From assembly GCA_964016885.1 (NCBI GenBank), contig OZ024742.1, positions 140,926,001-140,990,000 of the forward strand: DNA of 64,000 nt. The letters are read 5' to 3'. Positions 53,995-64,000 of the stretch are shown piece after piece. The notes under the pieces are model-generated. The model saw nothing but the letters and a program-made list of their open reading frames with translations, did no database searches and was not told the DNA's origin. The position numbers were made by a program, and so were the translations under genes. The stretch's first letter is position 1. Every line of letters starts with the position of its first letter. This stretch comes from Eledone cirrhosa (Eukaryota).

Positions 53995-55596
53995 GCTAAA
54001 CTGTGTTTGTCCTAAAGTGCACCCAAAAGTGGGTCAATGACCTCATTTATGATAACATCAACATACATAATACAAGATTATATCATATATATGTGTGTGT
54101 TTGTGTGTATGTGTGTATGTGTGTGTGTATCATCACACATATATATATATATGTATGTATGAATGTATATATGTGTGTATTTTAATAGTGTCATTAAACA
54201 ACAAGGTGAAAAAATACAATACCAATAAATGGATTAAGCAAGATGATTTGATCTGAAAATAGGAAAATGGATTAAAAGCTGAATGTATTTTGTTAAGTTC
54301 AATAGCATTCCTCATGTTTTATTAACAATCAAGTTAAGTAACCACATTAAAACCATAGATGGCGTTAGAGTGAAAGTATAAGACTGATTTAACCTTTTTC
54401 ATACCAAACCACCTGTAACTGTCCAATACAAAGTTATTTGTGTGAAAGTGGTTATATTTATTTAAAAACCTTCTGTGATATTTTATGTAAGATCCTTTGT
54501 TAAATTATGTTATAAATGCCAGCTTAATAATTAAAAAGTTACCAACCATATTTGCTCATGTAAAAGTCAAATTTTGAAAATTATTTTTAAGGAGTTCACT
54601 ATTACATTCAAAAGGTTGAAATTTACAATATGATTCAAAATACTGTACCAGTAAGTATAATCCCAAATGGACTCCGAGATTGACTTTTACATGCGATCAA
54701 CTTTTACATGAATATATACAATAGCTATATCTCTCCAAATTCTAGATTATTTTCAAACTTATTTGAAAATCATAGGCAGTGTTTTGATTTTTTAAGAGAA
54801 ATATTGTAAATAAAAACTATGTAAACCAGAGATACAATAATCCAGGGATGTTAAAAAGTATAACCTAGCTTGTATATACTGAATGAGAGAAACATTGCAA
54901 TTTCATTGCCATAATTAGTGGCAGAGGTAGTTTACTAAGGGCAAAGTGCAATTTCATGCTATATATGACATTTTTAAAAATAACTACACTGAACACATTG
55001 GTGAGATTCATTCATTTCTCAAGAAGAAGAGCATCAATAAAACAAAATAGATACAAACAAGAATTTAAAAAAAATGGGTTATGGATTCAGGTCATTGAGA
55101 GCTTATCTCTACTACAGCACTCAATGCAGAACATTAATAGATGATAATCACTGCAGTTTCAAATCAATTTAATATATGTGAGGTTGAAAAGTTCATTTTG
55201 TAGACATGAGATTTCTGACTGAATACTACTGCATTCTGTGGAACTTTAGGGACAAGTGACCTCAACCATAGGATTGGGTTAACCAATACCTTGTGAATTT
55301 CGAAGAGGGTAACTGTGAGAAGCCTGTTGTGTGTGTGTTTTTCATATGTATATATCAAATTAAAATGTTGAGTTAAAAACTCACAATATTCCCTTATAAT
55401 TGAATAAGCTCAAGGAAGAAATTCTCAGCTTTTTATAACACAGTAAAGAAAGAAATACACACACATATATATATATGTTCAAATCATAAGGGATATAAAA
55501 CCACCACGGTGACGATATTAACTACAGATAGAACAGTTTATACAAATTAATTAAAGGAATAAATGAAAGTATACAAACCGACCATAATAACTAGTA

Positions 55597-56090
55597 GTAC
55601 TTTTCCCAGGAATGAAACCAAACTGAATCTCATCTAATTTGACACTTTCTCTGATTAGTTGCACTATAACCTTTTCCATCACTTTCATAACTTAGTCCAG
55701 ATGGACATCCACCATCTAAGTCCTTTTTAGTCTTCCAGGACCCCTACTGCCTCCTAATTCGACATTGATCACTTTGCTGATCCAGCCCTCACTGCGCTCC
55801 ACATGGTTGCACCAGCGCATGCATTTTGTGTGAAGCACATCCTCGAGGTTGTCAATCAGCAGTCTTTTCAGGGACTCAGTTGAGCTGACATCATCCTCAG
55901 TGGTTACACCACACATCCAGAGGATCATAGCTGTCATTTCTTCTGAGCCAATTCAGACAGTTGGATAATATGACCTAGATTCTGCTCTGCTAGCGTGGAG
56001 CAACATGCTTCTCACACAGGCATTGTAAATCTGCCCCTTGGTGACTAATGGCAGCCAACATGTCTCGAGGATTGGGTGTAGCTGCCTAAA
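55597..56090 (-). pseudogene. Two decayed RTE fragments
   Basis: KLDEIQFGFIPGKST; ILWMCGV and RGPGRLKRT. Confidence 0.65.
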
Positions 56091-56094
56091 CTTG

Positions 56095-56697
56095 TTCCAT
56101 GCAGAGTTGCATATATGCAGATGTTTTTCTCCTTAAAGCCAAATCCATTAAAGACCTAGAAAATAAGTTCCAACTATGGAAACAGAATTTAGAATCAAAA
56201 AGCCTAAGAGTAGACTTAGCCAAAACTAAAGTGCTAGTGAGTATGAGAGAAGCTAGGACCCTGATTCTTTCAGAGAATTGGCCCTGCTCAATATGTAGAA
56301 AGGTAGTAGGCATAAACTCCGTACGATGTATACAATTAAATCTTGGGTACACAAGAGATATAGTGGGATAACGAATAAGCTAACAGGAAGGGAAGACTTT
56401 GTTTGTAGAAGATGCACAAGGGTAACTGAGGGGAAGATAACCAGTGATGTAAGCCAATTCTAGTCAGGCGAAGGACCCATAGAAGTAATTAATAGTTTCT
56501 GCTATCAAGGCAATGTAATTAGCAATGGAGGAGGATGCTCTAAGATAATAATAGCTAGAATAATGATAGGATGGAAAAAGTTTAGAGAGCTACTCCCACA
56601 GTTGAACGCAAAAGGTTTCTCCCTAGGTACAAAAGGATGACTATATGATACTTGTTTGCAATGTGTGATGCTGCATAGTAGGGAAATATAGGCTGTT
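56095..56697 (+). pseudogene. Decayed RTE RT/PHD fragment
   Basis: [16 protein letters not shown] and [10 protein letters not shown] with frameshifts. Confidence 0.8.
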
Positions 56698-56717
56698 ATA
56701 TATACATATTTATACAC

Positions 56718-56754
<37 letters not shown>

Positions 56755-57118
56755 GATATATATGTGTGTGTGTGTGTGTTAGGTGTGTAACAACAATTAC
56801 AGGTGGCACACCATTTGAAACACTCAATGCTGTTACGGGTTACATTTCATTTAGGTTGTATTTCAGTGTTACGGCTATAGTATGCAGCATACAATAATTC
56901 CCGCTCTATATCACCACCTCTGTTTTAGCTCTAGTTTTTGCATTGGACTATATTTGTAATATGGTTCAAAATGTTACTTACTTCTTTAGCAGTTAGCACT
57001 TGATAATTTTTTACTTGATGATTTTTACCCGATTATTTTCCTATGATTTAATCTATGTACACTCCATATTCTTCTGAGTTTTTGGCTTGTATTGGCTGAT
57101 AGTGCTTCTTATAGCTTT

Positions 57119-57164
57119 AATTGCCCTGATGAGTCCTTAATAGGACGAAACATTGTTGGCTAAT
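57119..57164 (+). ncRNA. Minimal type I hammerhead motif in a probable Penelope pLTR remnant (about 56780-57310)
   Basis: TTGCC-CTGATGA-GTCCT-TAAT-AGGAC-GAAAC-ATT-GTT-GGC, followed by TAATAAA. Confidence 0.75.
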
Positions 57165-57336
57165 AAAGACTTTTGATGTATTGAAGGCTTCTTTGATTTA
57201 TTTTCATAATTCTTCGGCTCTGTTTAATTACATTGAGCTATACCTTTACTGTCATTTCTATAATACGAAGAGGGTGTTTAACTCCAACACACTCTAGTAT
57301 TTCAATTCTTATATATATATATATATATATATACAC

Positions 57337-57369
<33 letters not shown>

Positions 57370-57372
57370 CAC

Positions 57373-57405
<33 letters not shown>

Positions 57406-57415
57406 CACATACATA

Positions 57416-60279
57416 CATCATCATCATTCATCATCATCATTTTACGTCCGCTTTTCCCTGCTTGCAAGGGTGGGACGGGTCTTATTCAGCACAGCATCTC
57501 TCCACTCGTCACGGTCCCTCGTCATCTCCACCGTGAGCTTCAATGATCTGAGGTCTGTTCTCACCACCTCCGCCCATGTTTTTCGTGGTCTACCTCTACC
57601 ACGTCTTCCTTCAACTGGCATTTCCTGGCACTTCTTCACCCATCGGTCATCCTCCATGCGCATCACATGTCCATACCACCTCAGTCTCCTCTCCCGTACA
57701 CTACATTCTATCCCTCTCAGACACAGTTTCTCTCTCAACACATTTATGCTGGGTCGTTCACGCACATTTACACTGCACATCCAACGGAGCATGCTTGCCT
57801 CATTTCTCTCCAGCCGTCGCATATCTTCTGCGGTAGCTGCCCATGTCTCACTACCATGCAGCATCGCGCTCCTCACACAGGCATCATACAACCGGCCTTT
57901 CGTACGCAGGGAGAAACCCTTCTTCATCAACAGAGGAAGCAGCTCCCTAAACTTCTTCCAACCCGTCCTTATTCTAGATACTATGGCCTCGGAACACCCT
58001 CCTCCCATGCTAATCTGATCTCCTAGGTACCGGAAGCTATCCACCACTTCTATAGCGCCCTCTCGCATTTGAAAAATGTGTCTATCAGTGCGACTTCTAC
58101 TGTCTAATTTCCCTGTACATCTACTGCATACATATTTCTCCCTACCTGTTAGTTTGCCTGCTATCCCGCTACATCTCTTGTGTACCCAGGACCTACATTG
58201 TGTGCATTTTATAGAATTTATGCCAGTTCCTTTTCTGCATATCGAACATGGCCATTTCCCTGACGGAATCAGGGTTTTGTCCTCTTTTCTACTCATCAAC
58301 ACTTTTGTCTTAGCTAGATTTACTCTCAGTCCTCTTGCTTCCAACTGCTGTTTCCATAGCCGGAATTTATTCTCTAGCTCCTCTACTGATTCTGCCATAA
58401 GAGCCAGATCGTCAGCATAGAGAAGTTCCCATGGACAGCCAGTCTTAAACTCCTCTGTTATGGCTTGGAGGACTATAATGAACAAGAGCGGGCTGAGGAC
58501 CGAACCCTGATGTACTCCTACTTGTATCTGGAATTCCTCACTAAACTCCATTCCTACCCTGACTTTACTGAGAGTACCTCTGTACAAAGTTTGCACTGTC
58601 CTTACAAGCCATTCCTCAACACCCAGCTTCCTTAGGGACCACCAGATGACAGATCGGGGTACCCTATCAAAGGCCTTCTCTAGGTCAACAAAGGCTAAGT
58701 ATAGTGGCTTATTCTTCTCTAAGAACCTCTCTTGCATTTGTCTCACCAAGAAGAGGGCATCTGTTGTACTCTTCCCAGGCACAAAACCAAACTGCATCTC
58801 ATCTAGTTTGACCCTTTCTCTAATTAGTTGTGCTAGAATCCTTTCTGCCACTTTCATAACCTGATCTATCAGTTTTATACCCCTATAATTGCTCCTCTCC
58901 AAAGCATCCCCTTTACCTTTGTAGCAATTTATGAGAATACTGCTGCACCAGTCTTTGGGTATGACACCACCATATATAGCCTGATTGATTATGCGTGCAA
59001 CCAGTTTAGTGCCTACGTCCCCTGATGCCTTCAGCATCTCAGCAACTATTCCCGATGGTCCGGCCGCCTTACCATTTTTCATTTCCCTAATCGCCTCTTG
59101 GACCCTATATTCGTCAATCTCAATAGCTGGTCCCTCTGTCGGATCTACCAAGGGTAATTTCTCTCTCTCCCATTCGTTCTCCACATTCATCAGTCTCTCA
59201 TAATGACATTTCCAGGCCTCCTTTTTCTGGTCATTCGTGACACTAAGTACACCGGCATCATCCCGGACACATTTATCACCAACAACATCCTGATTTGCAT
59301 TGACACACTGCCTTGCAATGTGGAACACCGCACGCCTCTGATCTTCCCGTCGCAGAACATTGGCAAACCTCCTACTCTCTGCCTCCCTGCGTGCTAAGTA
59401 CACCTGACGTCTAGCTTCTCTCTTAGTGGCTGTATATTCTTCCCTACTCCCACCCTTATTCCAAGCCTTCCATGCTAGTCTTTTGTCTCTAATAGCCTTA
59501 TCTACACTGCTGTTCCACCACCAGGTCACTCTGTCTGGTTGGAGCTCTGCTCCAGCCACAGGTTTCATCAGTAGCCTTCAGCAAGTTGTAAGTCACGTAA
59601 GAACTTCCAGTTATTATCTATGTCATACGTCTCTAAATCGTCTTCTTTTTCGTCATATACATCTTGAAGGGCTTTCCTAAATTTGAATTTTAGTGAAAGG
59701 TCTTTTAGCTTCCAGACCTTTCTTCTCCACACCTTCCTATATGTCTCATTCCATCTCTTGCTTACTGAGATATCACTAACAACTAACCTATGCTGTGGGG
59801 TACATTCTTCCCCAGGGTATGCCTTGGTATTAGACACTATCTGCCTGTCCCGCTGCCTAACTAGCAGGAAGTCAATCTGGCTTATGTGCTCACCAGATTT
59901 GTAGGTTATTAGGTGATTGGCAGGTTTCTGGAAGTTTGTGTTGCAAATAGTCAATGTACTTGCATCACAAAATTCAAGAAGTCTCACTCCTTCTTCATTT
60001 CTTGAACCGTAACCGTGCCCACCATGTACCCCAGTGTAACCATCCTGGAGCTGTCCAACATGACCATTGAAGTCTCCTGCTAGCATAACGATGTCTCCGT
60101 CCTCTGTCATTGTGGTTGTTTGCAAAAGTTGCTCATAAAAGCAGTCTTTCTCATCTTTGCCTAGGCCTGCTTGGGGAGCATAGACCGAGATGATTGTCAG
60201 TAGTCTCCTACCTACAACTAATCTAAGCTTAATTATTCGATTACTAACTTGAACTACCTCTATTGTCTTATTGATCCAT
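57416..60279 (-). mobile_element. Young RTE LINE family A, copy 1 (5'-truncated within the APE domain)
   Basis: APE motifs SVYAP, GDFNGH, QIDF and QHRLV; RT YADD; (TGA)n tail right after the stop; two small indels near 59530-59595. Confidence 0.95.
57442..59530 (-). CDS. RTE reverse transcriptase with PHD-like finger (uninterrupted part of the ORF)
   Basis: ORF track 57442-59568. Confidence 0.9.
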
Positions 60280-61058
<779 letters not shown>

Positions 61059-62868
61059 CATCATCATCATCATTTTACGTCCGCTTTTCCCTGCTTGCAA
61101 GGGTGGGACGGGTCTTATTCAGCACAGCATCTCTCCACTCGTCACGGTCCCTCGTCATCTCCACCGTGAGCTTCAATGATCTGAGGTCTGTTCTCACCAC
61201 CTCCGCCCATGTTTTTCGTGGTCTACCTCTACCACGTCTTCCTTCAACTGGCATTTCCTGGCACTTCTTCACCCATCGGTCATCCTCCATGCGCATCACA
61301 TGTCCATACCACCTCAGTCTCCTCTCCCGTACACTACATTCTATCCCTCTCAGACACAGTTTCTCTCTCAACACATTTATGCTGGGTCGTTCACGCACAT
61401 TTACACTGCACATCCAACGGAGCATGCTTGCCTCATTTCTCTCCAGCCGTCGCATATCTTCTGCGGTAGCTGCCCATGTCTCACTACCATGCAGCATCGC
61501 GCTCCTCACACAGGCATCATACAACCGGCCTTTCGTACGCAGGGAGAAACCCTTCTTCGTCAACAGAGGAAGCAGCTCCCTAAACTTCTTCCAACCCGTC
61601 CTTATTCTAGATACTATGGCCTCGGAACACCCTCCTCCCATGCTAATCTGATCTCCTAGGTACCGGAAGCTATCCACCACTTCTATAGCGCCCTCTCGCA
61701 TTTGAAAAATGTGTCTATCAGTGCGACTTCTACTGTCTAATTTCCCTGTACATCTACTGCATACATATTTCTCCCTACCTGTTAGTTTGCCTGCTATCCC
61801 GCTACATCTCTTGTGTACCCAGGACCTACATTGTGTGCATTTTATAGAATTTATGCCAGTTCCTTTTCTGCATATCGAACATGGCCATTTCCCTGACGGA
61901 ATCAGGGTTTTGTCCTCTTTTCTACTCATCAACACTTTTGTCTTAGCTAGATTTACTCTCAGTCCTCTTGCTTCCAACTGCTGTTTCCATAGCCGGAATT
62001 TATTCTCTAGCTCCTCTACTGATTCTGCCATAAGAGCCAGATCGTCAGCATAGAGAAGTTCCCATGGACAGCCAGTCTTAAACTCCTCTGTTATGGCTTG
62101 GAGGACTATAATGAACAAGAGCGGGCTGAGGACCGAACCCTGATGTACTCCTACTTGTATCTGGAATTCCTCACTAAACTCCATTCCTACCCTGACTTTA
62201 CTGAGAGTACCTCTGTACAAAGTTTGCACTGTCCTTACAAGCCATTCCTCAACACCCAGCTTCCTTAGGGACCACCAGATGACAGATCGGGGTACCCTAT
62301 CAAAGGCCTTCTCTAAGTCAACAAAGGCTAAGTATAGTGGCTTATTCTTCTCTAAGAACCTCTCTTGCATTTGTCTCACCAAGAAGAGGGCATCTGTTGT
62401 ACTCTTCCCAGGCACAAAACCAAACTGCATCTCATCTAGTTTGACCCTTTCTCTAATTAGTTGTGCTAGAATCCTTTCTGCCACTTTCATAACCTGATCT
62501 ATCAGTTTTATACCCCTATAATTGCTCCTCTCCAAAGCATCCCCTTTACCTTTGTAGCAATTTATGAGAATACTGCTGCACCAGTCTTTGGGTATGACAC
62601 CACCATATATAGCCTGATTGATTATGCGTGCAACCAGTTTAGTGCCTACGTCCCCTGATGCCTTCAGCATCTCAGCAACTATTCCCGATGGTCTGGCAGC
62701 CTTACCATTTTTCATTTCCCTAATCGCCTCTTGGACCCTATATTCGTCAATCTCAATAGCTGGTCCCTCTGTCGGATCTACCAAGGGTAATTTCTCTCTC
62801 TCCCATTCGTTCTCCACATTCATCAGTCTCTCATAATGACATTTCCAGGCCTCCTTTTTCTGGTCATT
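61059..62868 (-). mobile_element. RTE family A, copy 2 (5'-truncated; ORF 61075-62868 open)
   Basis: Nearly identical to 57416-59235; only a few substitutions seen. Confidence 0.95.
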
Positions 62869-62890
62869 ACATATATATATATATATATAC

Positions 62891-62921
<31 letters not shown>

Positions 62922-63029
62922 CACAGATACATATATATATACACATACATACATATATATATATACACATACATATATATAGACATACATACATATATTT
63001 ATATATATTTGTATATATATATATATTTG

Positions 63030-63060
<31 letters not shown>

Positions 63061-63092
63061 TATATATATATTTATATATATATATATATTCA

Positions 63093-63444
63093 CTCTAACA
63101 AAATACACCCCCGTCCCACTACCCCCACCCCATCCACACCACCCCTTTCAATGTAAAGTTATGTTGGTACCACAACATCCAGTCCGAAATAAATGAGGTC
63201 ATGTAGGTGTCACGACAAAAAAACACACAGTCCACGCTGTAATGTGGCCGTGTAGGTAACACGGTAAAAACCTCCCAGTCCACACTGTAAACGTGGTTGG
63301 TGTTAGGAAGGGCATCCAACTGTAGAAAACCTGCCAGACAGTCCTATGCGAGCAAGACAATCACTCTTGCCTCAAGTGGGACTACCCCCGTCCAAACCCA
63401 TGCAAGCGTGGAACACGGACGTTAAACGTTGATGATGATGATGA
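63093..63444 (+). mobile_element. Family B copy, 5'-truncated
   Basis: Matches 24343-24696 and the 8.6-kb copy. Confidence 0.9.
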
Positions 63445-63445
63445 C

Positions 63446-63478
<33 letters not shown>

Positions 63479-63521
63479 CACATACATACATATATATGTA
63501 TGTATGTGTATATATATATAT

Positions 63522-64000
63522 GCAGTAAAATGGAGGGGTAGAGAGGGCCCTTGAGTCTAGTAAGACATCCTCTCTAGTGCTGGTGGCACAAATAAAAGCA
63601 CCCAGTCCATGCTGTAAAGTGGCGCTGGTGTTAGGAAGGGCATCCAACCAGTGTATCAATGCGAAAACGCTTATCAGCACAGCAACAAATAGGAACAACA
63701 ACAAAATATGAAGACGTCGCATCTCAGAGTTGCAACACTTAATGTTGGCACTCTCAGAGGTAGATCTGCTGAAATAGCGGAGATGCTGGAGAGAAGGCAG
63801 GTGGATGTGTGCTGCGTGCAAGAGGTGAGATGGAGAGGTGCCTCTGCGAGACTAGTCGTAGGCAAGCGTCTTAGCTATAAGCTATTCTGGGTAGGTAAGG
63901 ATGATGGGCTAGGGGGAGTAGGCATTTTCCTGGCTGAGAAATGGATCAATAAGACAATAGAGGTAGTTTGAGTTAGTAATCGAATAATTAAGCTTAGATT
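63522..64000 (+). mobile_element. RTE family A 5' end: 5' UTR plus ORF start (ATG 63708); premature TGA at 63969
   Basis: ATLNVGTL, CCVQEVRW and GVGI APE motifs; [10 protein letters not shown] overlaps copy 1; runs off the window. Confidence 0.9.

Overview
AT-rich eukaryotic non-genic or intronic DNA. The repeat complement (RTE LINEs with (TGA)n tails, tRNA/CORE-type SINEs, very long TA/CA microsatellites) suggests an octopod cephalopod; this is an inference. No host exon could be identified, and most long entries in the ORF track are microsatellite artefacts. Retroelements recognised: several RTE LINE families carrying a PHD-like finger inside the RT, an RTE-related LINE with a twin-priming-like 5' inversion, an uninterrupted 5'-truncated Penelope-like (Neptune-type) RT+GIY-YIG ORF, CRE-, Tx1/L1-, R4- and CR1-like fragments, and a mosaic SINE. 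DNA elements recognised: a complete but inactivated DD37D (maT) Tc1/mariner, a Helitron-like element and nested TTAA MITEs. The main hidden signal is a set of non-coding elements embedded in TA arrays that carry type I hammerhead ribozyme motifs from at least four unrelated families (32166-32244, 37420-37462 with 37612-37654, 41031-41075, 57119-57164). Three of the four sit in direct-repeat or fold-back architectures, which fits a retrozyme / Penelope pseudo-LTR system. All folds and alignments were read by eye.
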